From NCBI GenBank assembly GCA_012295275.1, contig CM022670.1:16554001-16618000 (forward strand): a DNA stretch of 64,000 bases, given 5' to 3'. Source of the DNA: Chrysomallon squamiferum (taxonomy: Eukaryota; Animalia; Mollusca). A program made the translations under genes and the position numbers. The notes under the pieces were generated by a model, which saw only the letters and a list, made by a program, of their open reading frames with translations, made no database searches and was not told the DNA's origin. Shown piece after piece: positions 1 through 27,800 of the stretch (within the stretch, counting starts at the first letter, position 1; each line of letters starts with the position of its first letter).

Positions 1-15439
<15,439 letters not shown>

Positions 15440-16729
15440 TTCGCTTGGATTAAAAACTTTGAAGGTTAAACCGAAAAGACAAACATGTACTTAATTTGCT
15501 GTGGAACTGCGAGTCATCAGATTATAACATCCAGTGGAAGAATTTTCCATCTAACTGATCATAACGATCTAATGAAGTAAATTTGATGTGATGGCTTTAA
15601 TTTTTTTTTTTTTGGGGGGAAAGGAGAACTGAAATGTTTTAAAGAACGTAATTTTTGTTTCATAAAAAACTGAAAATAATGCACACAATTATTTCTGATT
15701 CACAATATTTAGTCACTTAACACTAGTTACTGATCAAGTGTACATTGGATTCATGTTAGAAAGTTGGATGAGTTAGTTATGCTTTGTGCATGGACTTTAG
15801 TCTATTGGAAAATATGAAAAGGCAAGGTTTTGTTAGTTCCTAAGAAAACTTGGTCGATTTAGATTCATGTTTAAGTGATTTTGTATCATTTTACTTGTTA
15901 TTTTTGTCATCAAACCATGTCTTGAAATTTCTTGTTGGTATGAGAAAAGCTTTAAATACATTATGTTATGTACACATTCCAAGTTATTGTTACATTACAC
16001 TATTGGAGACATGACCAAGCTTGGAAGAGTCTATGGAGACTGATGAGTGATATTACTCTTTAATATAGAAATGAAGAATAGATTCATGATGAACCTTTTT
16101 GAATAATTTACTGATTTTCAGAGGCTGTTCTACATTTCTCTGTCTAAAATGACTAATAAAGGTAAAATGTCTGCCTTTGAATCTCATTTCTAGTTTGTGT
16201 TATTGTCATATCATCAAAGAAAATTTTGTTACATCTTTGTTATGCTTGTTTATTTAAAACATGTTTGATTTTCATTATTGTTCATACTTAACTCGTGTCT
16301 GTGCAGCCTTGGTAATATCCCACATGCTTTGACAAAGTATTATTTCATATGTAAATGCGTTGAATCGGTAAACTCAAGTCTCAGAACTTTGTAATCAGTG
16401 TCAGTATAAACAACCATCAAGGGAGACAATTATATGTGATGGAAAGAGCTGAAAGACATTTTTTGTTGTGATAGTAAAGCATGTTTAATAGCAAAGTTTG
16501 TTCAAATGTGCTAGTAGTTAAACTATCTCTTGTGAAAGGTTTATGAACAACAAAAGATCATGGGTAGGACTCTCCAACATTGAAGATAAAAATTGCTGGA
16601 TTTCCTACAAACAGTAAGGTATAGCTTAATAAAGCACTTGTAAAATTATACATTTTCTTATCTTTTAGAAATGGATTTCATGTAAAAGGCTGACAGTTTT
16701 CATTTATACATGTGAAAGTGTTGAAGTTT

Positions 16730-16945
16730 TATGTAAACAAATTTCCATGAAAGCTGTATGTAAAAGATTTCCCATATGTTGAAAGATGTATGTAAAATGA
16801 TTTTCCATATATTGAAAGCTGCATGTAAAAGATTTCTCATATATTGAAAGCTGTATGTAAATGATTTTCCATATACTGAAAGCTGTATGTAAAAGATTTC
16901 TCATATATTGAAAATGTTATGTGAAAGATTTCCGACATACTGAAA
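16730..16945. repeat. 32/33-bp alternating minisatellite downstream of the CAD stop
   Basis: Units TGTAAAAGATTTCTCATATATTGAAAGCTGTA / TGTAAAATGATTTTCCATATAYTGAAAGCTGYA, about 6 copies. Confidence 0.85.
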
Positions 16946-17888
16946 ATATTATTTCAGAGAAAATGTCATGAATTTGTGTTGTTTTTCTACAGATATACGG
17001 GTATATTCTGTCCACAGGGTCCAAGAGACCCAGTTTATATCACACTTTATGCTGACTTGTATTGACTTTTTACAACTTCGGTGTATTTTGAATAATAAAA
17101 CATTTCCACTACATTTACTTTCTTTGTAAAGTGACTTTAATTTTTATTTTTGTATTACTTTAAGATGTCTGTTGTTTATACATGTTTATTAATTATAATT
17201 GTATTTTGAAATGTTCAATCATTACAATCTATATAAAACTTTAAAATGGTACTGTTATTTGATTACTGTAGATTTCTTAATTCATTCAACTATTTCACCA
17301 TGATCATGATCAGCTCTACATTTGGCAGATGTTCAGATGGCAGAACCTAGTTACAAGAACAGTTGCGTAAAATATTGTTTAAATATTCACGTAATAAAAC
17401 AACAAATATTAATTTGTCAGATTCTTTCTTTATTAATCAGTGCAGTTTCATCAGAGATTTGAAAAATCTGTCTACCCTTCAAATCATCTTAATGCAGAAA
17501 AATATTATTCAAGAATCTTCAAAATAAAGCAACAAATAATTACTTTGTCAGATTCTTTCTTTATTAATCAGTGCAGTTTCATCAGAGATTTAAAACAGTG
17601 TAGACAGAGTCTACTGTTTCAGATTTTCCATCTGTTATTCTGAGTTGTTAAAATTAAAACCACTGAAAGATATACTAATGACATAGAGAAAAGAAAAACA
17701 ACAGAATGTGACATAATAGTCCTGTATGTTTCAAAAACTGATTTCCATTTCTCAAGAGTGGTAATTGCTAAGAGTGATAATTGTATGATGAACTTTTACA
17801 TTACGTTTTATCATTACTGACATGCATTCTTGTTGAAATCAGTTTACAGAAAGTGATGCATCTGAACACAAAACAAGGAACAATCTAA

Positions 17889-20800
17889 TCAGTCTGTTTT
17901 TAACTTCTTCAAGTCTGGCTCTTCAGTTTTCATCTTCTTCAAGTCTGGCTCTTCAGTTTTCATCTTCTTCAAGTCTGGCTCTTCAGTTTTATCTTCTCTT
18001 TTGATTTTAGGTGACAACCAGTTCTTCATAAAACTACTACTAGCTGAAGCTGAAGGTTTCCTGGGGGAAAAAAAAAGTGTGTGTGTGCTCAGATTTTATA
18101 GTGTATGATTAATATTACATTTGATAAAACTTCCTTTTCTTGCATGGTGTCTTACTTACTTTAAATCAATGGGTTTTATGCAGTCAGGAGACTGGTATCT
18201 TGAGTTGTTGACTGCTGAAGAAACTGGGTACATTGACAAACATTCAACAGATCTGATCAGTTTGGATGCCTGAATTTAAAAATAATATTTTATTCATGGT
18301 TTAACGAATGGCCTTGATCAATTCAAGTTCAACATGGGTCACCAACTAACTGAAATGCTGTTATGACTATAACATATTTATCAGTACATTACTGGTATAT
18401 TTGACTGACTTTAACCCAGTCAGGGCTCAATTTTTCTTTATTTTCCTATATTTGAATAATAATAAATGTTCTGTGATACTTCTTATTTCTATTTTCAAAC
18501 AAATGACCCATAAATTTTATTTATTAAAAATAAAATAATAATGATAAAAAGCAGGGTCTATGAGACTCCATACAGTTATTCCTGAAGGGTTAAATTGCAT
18601 TGTTCTGTTGTGAACAAATTTCAAAATATATACATAATCTTAAAAATGATTATATACACAGAGAGATTCTTCCATATTTTGTAATGTTATTTTTTTTTTT
18701 TTGTATATCAGTTGCAGTCCATTTGTTACAATGACATTAACAAAAAACTGAAGTCTTGATTGTAACCCATAAATAAAATGATGATTTAGAACAGAGCTTG
18801 TCAACATTTATTCATTCAAAAATTGTAAACTTGAAACACCCACCCAAATTCACAGTAATTTAACAATTAACAGATTAGTTTTAACTACTCAAACTCGAAA
18901 TAAAGTACAAGAAAATCAGAACACCTTCTTTTCTAAGAATATTCATTAATTTGTTGATTATAACATACACACTGTAACACTCTAGAAACAATTAAGCACA
19001 CAAATCTGAAAAGTTATGGACATGAAGTCAAAACACCCACAAATTGCTCCAGCAAAACAACAGGTACCTACAGTCACAGAATGGCCACCCACTAGTAAGT
19101 CAAAAACTCACTGTTGCGTACAACATCCACTAATTTAGAAGTATGTAAAATTCAATTAAGCAATTATCTCATGTAATCAAAGATGTATTTTAACTCTCTA
19201 ACTTACCTTTGTTAATGGAATTTTCTTGAAGTTCAGCCATTCTTCTATTTCTTTGTCTGTTGTAAGTATGGCCTGTAAAAGTACTGAAAAATCAACATCC
19301 TCGATAAACAATTAAGTATCTTTGTCTTCTTACAAAGCATCTCAAGTGAAAAGACTAAACTGATAAGCGATCTAGAGATGGGAGATTGATTTCCAAGTTA
19401 TAAAAATAAAAATTCATACTAACTAAATGTATCCTTTGTCAGAAATGAGGAAATACAACAAAGAATATTATGTCCAAATATCACAACAAATAATAATAAT
19501 AATTATTATTATTTATATATCAGGTTTGATAATGGAGAAGTAAAATAATTTGATGATGACCACTTAGTTTTAATAGCAGAATATAAAGTTATTATACCCT
19601 ACAATATGAAAAAAAAGTAAAAAAAAAGTAATAACAACAAAAGAAAACAAACATTGGATAATGATATGACACAAAATTAAAAGAGAAAGATTTACTGGCA
19701 TTCGGTTGTGTATTGCTGACATGACAGGAGATGACTCGACTGTTATAACACTGTACGAATAGATAGGTGCACCTCCCTACAAAGAAAATGTTGACACAAA
19801 ACAGTATTTGAAACAAACCATAACCACTCTGAAAAAAATGTTCTCAGTATAAATATTTATTATATTTTCCATACTAACTATTAAAGTAGTTACATTCTCT
19901 CTCACATGTTTAAAAAACAAAACAATTATACAAATATATTAATAAATGTACTTACATCTGGGGGATTCCAGATATCAAAAACTCCAGCCATTGTCAATAA
20001 TCTTTTTTCTGATAAATCTAGGAAATAAAAATATATTCATATACAAGAATTACTACAATAACACAGTTGTTATACTGAAAATATAAGACTTACAAAATAA
20101 CATGGTCATTCAGTGTTATTATATTGAACTTAAAATGGAACACACATATAAAGTGAATGCAGTAAAATTGTGGAAATCCTGGCAATTTAAAACATTACAG
20201 TTAAGTTGTGGTATTTATCAAATTAACAGAAATCAAACATTCTGATCCTTTAATGTTTAAATTATTTCAAAACACTAGCTTCTTATCTTTCATATATTCT
20301 GTGCTTTGGTATATGCACTGGTGGAATAAATCAAGGAACAGAATATTGAAAGTAATCAAATCAAATAAAGTAAATATGTACTCTGATATTCAACAAGTGT
20401 GTTACTGTGTATGATAGATACTCAACACAGTAATTTTTCAAACTGTTGTATCCATTCATAAAACACTGCAGAAAATAAAAAAGAAATAATTAAACTGGAA
20501 ACTTATATTTTAAAATTGTTTTTTCATTATATTTCTGTAGAATTAGAACTAATTAAAATACACATTTTATCAAAATTTATGTATATCATTATATATTAAT
20601 TTTGTAAATACAGAGGTTGTTACCTGCAGGTTCTGGTTTAACCTTTTCTTCTTTCTTCACTTCATTTAAATTTGAAAAGAAAATGTAGTATGGCTGTTTA
20701 TCTTTTTTCTCTCGCTTCCATTCGTAGAATCTGAAATAAAAAACGAAGATCTGAAAAATCATTTCATTTCAATATTAAAAAATGTATTTCCCTACTAAAT

Positions 20801-21177
20801 TGTTATTTTTAAAAAATCTATAAATATTATTTATAGACGTATTCTAAAAGATATCCACAGCGAGATTTATGAAAGATGTGTATAGATATAAACACAGCAA
20901 CCATTGATAATGTTATAAAAGATTATGTATAGATGTTATAAATAACTATATACAGATGACAATAAATAAAAAAATATAGATATTACAGATGATGCTACAG
21001 AAGATATAATGTATATACATGATATTATAAAAATCAATAGATGATGTTATAAAATATATATTGATATTATAAAAGATATATAAAATAAAACACACACACA
21101 CACACAAAATATATTTGTAGATGATAATATAAAAGATATATATAGACATTATAAAAGATATATATATATAGTTGATA

Positions 21178-21209
<32 letters not shown>

Positions 21210-21473
21210 GGTGATAATATAAAAGATATTACACACCCGTCTGCTAGCACCACACAGCGACGTCCTTTGTCGAGAGGAGCTCTGTAAGTTTTTTTAGTTA
21301 GCATGCCTTCAGCACGACAGTTGTTTGTTTCATACTCAATTTTGAGCGGGTCTCCTTTGTGCCAGGATGGAGTGAGACCCCATTTCATTGGCTGAACCAC
21401 TCTCTCTGTTATCTCACCCAACTCTTCTTGGTAATGTCCACTAGAGATTAATACAGGTCTGCAACAATGTTTC

Positions 21474-21512
<39 letters not shown>

Positions 21513-22595
21513 TAAAAAATAAAAATAAAATAAATTTTATTTTTGTATACATTAATGGTGTTTCATTTACAGTTTGTAAATATTAAAACTATTTCATTTA
21601 CACTTCGTGAATATCAATACCATTTCATTTACTATTTGTGAATATTGAGACTTTCTCACGTGTATGATCCTGGAGCTACATTGTAAGAGGGGTGGTACTG
21701 CTCTCCCCCGGGAGGGTCTCTCCACACTGGCCTATCCTTCTTTCCTGACTCCTTGCTCTGATAGGAACATGCCTCACAAATGGCATCTGGGTTAAGTGAA
21801 CTAAAAAGGAACCAAAATACATGTGCATGCAACTACAATAATGACATTAGAGCCAATGAGTTCAGGTATACACTCTTCAGAAATGTTTTCAATACTGCAA
21901 ATTGAATTTTGGAATTACAGACAGTTTATGAAACCATTTTAAGAAATGATATGATAATTTTTATATTTGCTAAAATTATTATTAAGATATTTGTTTTTTT
22001 TAATTCTTTTTCACAAAATATGTAAACTTATAGAGCTGATAATGTTTGGTAGTAAGAATCTGGTTTTTATATAACTTTAATTATCTGAACAAATCTTACA
22101 TAGAAACAGAAATCTCATGTTACAGAAACTGAATTACAACTTGGTTTCTGGAGTAAAGTGAAAAATAATTCTGAAAATTTGTAGACATCTCTAGTAATGT
22201 AAAAATTAATAGATACTAAAAAAATGTATTATATTATACAGTTGAATGCTGTTGTTTCTGGGGTTTTTTTTTTTTTTTTTTTTAATCAATCCCTGTTCAT
22301 TTATTTATTTATTTATTTGTTGTTGCTGCTGCTGTCATTATTATTATTTTAAAAGCTGTTTTTATGATTATTCTCAGTATAATGTTAAATAATGTTAAAA
22401 AATTATATTTTTGTAATTATTTCAAATTAATAAATTTATGTATTTTTAATTTTAATTATTTGTAATCACTTACATGGGAGTCACAGTGGTCTTGTGTGAG
22501 ATTTGTTATGACATTACAGCTTAAGTCACATATCTTCTTTTGAATGACATTTTATTTTTTCTTCTGAATATCGTGTTAGATTAATAGGTAGATTT

Positions 22596-22626
<31 letters not shown>

Positions 22627-22647
22627 TAAAATAAAATAAATAAATAA

Positions 22648-22689
<42 letters not shown>

Positions 22690-23203
22690 TAAAAAAGGGA
22701 TATTTTATCTTGTCACGTGATTAACACAATGATGATAAAAGAAAAATTAACCGGATTTTCTCTTACTTGATTATGTAACAAAGGAAAACCTGTTTAATGA
22801 AAGTACTACAGTGTTCAGTTATTAAAAAAAATAATAATAAAATAAAAATAAATATATTATATAAAAACGAAAACAATCGGTACAATGCCAGACCTATTTT
22901 ATTGAATCATTCTGATCAACATTTTTTAAATACTATTTATGATATTGCGTTATATGATTCTCGGGTTAAAGCATTCGTCCAGATTAAAGCATGACTGTAT
23001 GCATAGTAAACTAGAAATAAATAAAAGCGTATACCTTTTACTTTAGCTGGAGCCAATAAGTTATGCGGAAGAAATTACTCGGAAATATGAAAACCTTAAA
23101 TGTCTTCTGCGATCTTTAAATAAATTATCTTGATTCAACAGTTGGCATGCGTCTAAATATACATGTAAACAAACTATACCAACCAAGCAGTCCGTCCACA
23201 CAT
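17889..23203 (-). CDS. HMCES: HMCES / SRAP-domain abasic-site processing protein, 9 exons, 326 aa
   Basis: Exons (minus): 23203-23184, 21800-21660, 21458-21237, 20730-20624, 20017-19956, 19776-19696, 19272-19207, 18269-18160, 18060-17889 (TGA); 981 nt in frame. Starts MCGRTAC (catalytic Cys2); motifs PSYNVAPGS, MKWGLTPSW, NCRAE, GRRCVVLADGFYEW, RLLTMAGVFDIW, IHNRMPAIL, YPVSSAVNNSR. Confidence 0.97.
17901..17990 (-). repeat. coding 30-bp tandem repeat (KTEEPDLKK[M/L]) x3 in the HMCES C-terminus
   Basis: Plus strand CTTCTTCAAGTCTGGCTCTTCAGTTTT(CAT) three times, in frame just before the stop. Confidence 0.93.
18415..18589. mobile_element. possible piggyBac-like MITE in an HMCES intron
   Basis: TTAA|CCCAGTCAGG ... 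CCTGAAGGG|TTAA: TTAA on both sides, CCC/GGG termini, imperfect TIR. Confidence 0.45.
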
Positions 23204-23847
23204 ATTCTGCTTACACGTAGTTAAGATCACTTTTTAATCATTTAGCTAATTCCACTTGATGTTTTTCCTTAAATGTTTCTTCCACTGTGGTGTGTCATTT
23301 TACCGCCTTTTACAGTCGATCCCGGATATACGTAAATATTGTTTCCTAAAATTTTACAAATAATCCTGAAGGGAACCTGCAGTAGCTAGTGCTTGGTTTT
23401 GTACTTTATTTGAATTATTAATGTTTTTTTTTTTAAAAATCAATTTATTAATATTCAATATTTTATTATTTTTTTATTTATTTATTTTTTTATTTTTATT
23501 ATTTTTATTTTATTAGGTTTTTTTTTTAATTCCCGTTCAGTTACGGTATATAAATAAAACCAACTGATCACTGTTATAGTATTGTATAGGAATTATTTCG
23601 ATTATTTATCCTTTAAAAACATTACATGCAACAAAAAGGTGTTAGTTAACATTTTTCTTTGAAAAATATGCAAGCAAAGCTATTTATTTAGCATTAGAAC
23701 CATGGTTCAGTGTTGGATGCAAAAGGCTTAAAACATATGTTAAGCGTATAAATCATCATTGACTCTTTTAATATTAATTAATCTTATAATCATTATCAAT
23801 TAACTGAATGAATTATTGGCTTGGCTTATAAATGAAACTGGCATATT

Positions 23848-24109
23848 CAGGGTTGTATTTGCCGCCCATAGGCTAAAGAAATTTTACCGCCCCTTCTCAA
23901 GGCTCAAGTCCCCATTCACCCTTCCCACTTAGTTTATATATAATATATAATATAACTTATGATCTAGTTGAAAGCAAAAAGATGGTTTTACATTTATATA
24001 ATGATTTATTTATAAATCAAATGTGAAAATACGAATTTATGTAACATAAACTGCCGCCCCCATTATCCTGGCGTCCTAGGCAGAAAGCCTATATGGAAAT
24101 CCGGCCCTG
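23848..24109. mobile_element. hAT-superfamily MITE (262 bp)
   Basis: Termini CAGGGTTGTATTT ... AAATCCGGCCCTG (degenerate TIR) flanked by a perfect 8-bp target-site duplication GGCATATT (23840-23847, 24110-24117). Confidence 0.85.
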
Positions 24110-24899
24110 GGCATATTGATGACTAATTACGAAAAACGTTTGCAGTATTTTTGAATTAAATTTTCTAATTTTGACTGAACTAAAATTTATTCACACTGGA
24201 CAAAACTGTGTCGACAGTCGGTAAATCCAAAGTAAAATAGAAAGTAAATCTGGAATAAATAAGAAACGAAATATGTCATTTATATTTATTTTTTCAAATT
24301 AAGACGAATAAGGAGGCAAATAGAACTGAAATCATTTAATTATTATTTGAAAAAGAAAAGAAAAGAAAAAGGGAAAGAAATAAATACAAAAATAAACCAC
24401 AAATTATCAAATAGATCACCATGGTTTATATTATGAAATAGATTTCTTTCAGAAATTTATTAATTTAGCGCTATATAAAATTTAAAATTTACGTGTGGGG
24501 GAGAGGCATACACGCAGTGAGAGACATACAGACAAAAAGAGAGCCATGTTTTTATTTCTTCTTTATTACATAATGTCCAGTTTCTTATAATAATCTCCGA
24601 ACACTTTCATAACTGATGACAATTTTTACATTATATAAAACATGAATTAATGTTACACAAACTTGTAAATTTATTATAAAATCATCGATCTACATCAGTG
24701 AATCACATCATGCCCTTGAGAATCACCTTGTAACAAACTCTTTCATTCTTGAAATCCAGAACTGATAATCCGTCCGAAAGAATGCGTGGTTCTATTTTTG
24801 TGTGTATTAACATCATTTGACAATCCTCTTGCGAAGTTCAGTAACTTTTCGTGACTTTTGTCAGTAACGTAACGTGTTTTATTATTATTTTTAAAATTA

Positions 24900-27800
24900 T
24901 TATTTTTTATTTCTTCCGAATATAAGAAAACAAACTTCTATGATAATTTCTAACACTTCAATGATGCTGAGTACGGAACATCCAATCCAGAGCCCCATGG
25001 TGCCACCGATGTCTGATAAAAATCTTTCTAACTGAAATACAGGAACAGGTAACGTATACACAAACAGCAGGTCTCTGTAGTTTTCTGTATTTTACAAATA
25101 ACTAGTGTATTAACTGCAAATCAGATCTCTGCAGTTTACATAGACTTCAGGCTATTTTCATCATTTCAAATGTGGACCAAATGTTAATATTTTTCATTTG
25201 GACCAAAAAAAAAAAAAAAAAAAAAAAAACATTAAAGATGAAGAAAAAAAGTTTATTACTGACCAGTTCTCTAGTCATCTTACAAAAGAACATGTGCATT
25301 ATTATTGTTGTTGTTGTTGTTGTTATTGTTATTATTATTATAAATATGATTTTTGTTGTTATTGATTTTGATATTTTTGTTATAGTAATAATTATTATTG
25401 TTATTGTTATTGTTGTAGTTATTATTATTGTTATAATTATTATTGTTGTTGTTACTGATACAATATTTAAAACAATCTGACAATATAAATAAGTGTTATA
25501 CCGTGTATTCTGGTGTCTCTGTGATGCTTTCGTAATTTAATGTACCATAATAAATTCGTATTCTGACAAAAGATGACCTGAAAGTAAAATAGTAATTCAT
25601 TAAAGTGATTGCTTTACTTTTAAATACACTAGTATCTGTAAATAAGTGGATCGTGTCTTGTGACGGTTGTATCATTAGTCCATTGTATACGACTGCATGT
25701 TACAGGACTTGCTGTTAAGTTGACGTGTAAAAGTATTTTAAAAATAAATAAAAAAAATAAGTAAAGAAAAATTTAATACAATAAATAAAATTAAAAAAAA
25801 ATTGAAAACAAAAACTGGATAAAAATAGGTAAATAAAATAAATAATAAAAATAATAAATAATAATAAAAAAAAAAAAAAAAAAAAAATAAAAAAAAATAA
25901 AATAAAATAAAAATAAAAATAAAATAAAAATAATAATAAATGCAATAAAGTAAAATAAACCAAAACATAAATAAATAAAAAATAATTAAAATTAATAAAT
26001 ATAATAAATAATTAAATAATTAAAATAAAATAAATAAATAAATAAAAATAATAAATGTAATAAAATAAAATAAATAAAACAATAAATAAAAACATAATTA
26101 AAATAAATAAAATAAATAAATAAATACAATTGTAAAACAAAAATAAATAAAACGAAATAAATAAAAAACATAAATAAAAAATATTAAATTAAATATAATA
26201 TATAAAAACATAACAAAATTTAAAAATAAATAATTAAATTAAATAATATAAGTAAATAATAAAAAAGAAAATAAATAAATATAAGCAAACGAACGAATGA
26301 ACGAACAAATAAATATATAAAATCATAAATAAAAGTTTAATACAATTTAAAGACAAAAATAAATAAAATAAAATAAATTAATAATAACTAATATAATAAA
26401 ATAAATATAAATGCAAATAAAAAAAAAAAAAATAATAATAGTAAAAAATTAATAATTAGCCTTAGTGTTAAAAATAATGATAAAATTAAAATAAAAATAA
26501 TAAAAATAATGTTTATAAAATATTGTTTTCTAAATTATAACCGCTAAGAAACTTTGTTTTAAATGTACACTAAATTAATGTGATTATTTTCATATGTTGA
26601 ACATACTGACAACTTACTTGCGTTTCACGTAGTTTTCTACTGTCCAGTTACTTTGATCACACTTAGGGTGGTTATTATTATTGTTTTCGCACACTTGTGC
26701 CTCAAGTGTTTTCTACAAGAAAAATGTTTACATTCACATTTTCAAATAATTCAGTTCAATATAGAAAACATTTCTAATAACAAAGATATAAAAGTAAATA
26801 TAAACAAAAAATTATGCAAATATATAATACATACAGTGGTACCTTGACTTGCGAATTTAATTCGCTCGTATATCAAATCAGTTTTATCAACTGAAATAAA
26901 TTGAAATACCATTAATCTGTTCCAGACCCCCCACTTCTTCCTTTCAGCACTGTCCTTTGCACTCACTTTCTAGGGATCCATGGTCAGAAAAAAAGAAATT
27001 TGGCAAAATACTGCGAGCAGAACACACCAGAGATGATTCCGCGGCGAGGTAACCACATGAAGTAAATGAATAAGACACGGGATGCTGGCCGGATGTTATA
27101 TTGTTCGTTGCGCCAACTAGCGCCGGTGAACATGAAGCTGACTCGTAACTCGAATCTTGGCTCGCAACTCAAAGCAACAAATTGACCGGGCGACTATAAT
27201 TTTTTTCTTTATTTTAAATTTTTTAAGAACATTATATTTGTTTTTTTCTTTAGTATTTAAGAATCTAATCTTTTAGTATACATTTTTTTTTCGGCAGTTA
27301 GTCAAATGCTAATGCATTTTTATTGATACGATGATGACGCATTTAACTAGATATTTTGTATTTATTTATTTTTTAAAGTTTATAATTTCAACCAGTGATT
27401 ACCTTTTACACTTATTCAATCTTTTCTCTTTTCTGACTAAAATAATTCGATAACATAAATTTTTGATCGACATTTATTTTCAGCCTACAGTTTTAGAGGA
27501 AATAAAATTAAGTAACAGTAATAGCAAGAATGATATTAAAAATCTACAAAACGCTTATCATAGTTTCTTCACAAATCCAGAGAACTCCAGATAATGAAAT
27601 GAACTGCGAGAAAATGTTATCTTACCACGTGTGTTAGAATTGGCCAGTCTCTTGTTGTTATTCTTGTGTCGTAGTCCTTTTGTCTTGGAAGATTCAAAAT
27701 AAATAAATAACAGAAACCATATGACTGCATATCATATAAAATGTGAATGATATAAAATTAAAAGTTTTGTCCAATAATTCTTCATACTATGAAGACAGTA

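Noticed and set aside
25172-25968. Poly-I/V/N/F ORFs here and similar ones at 30652-31065, 38739-38974, 53005-53410, 56145-56387, 57438-57782
   Set aside because: Translations of (AAT)n, (TA)n, (GA)n and related microsatellites.
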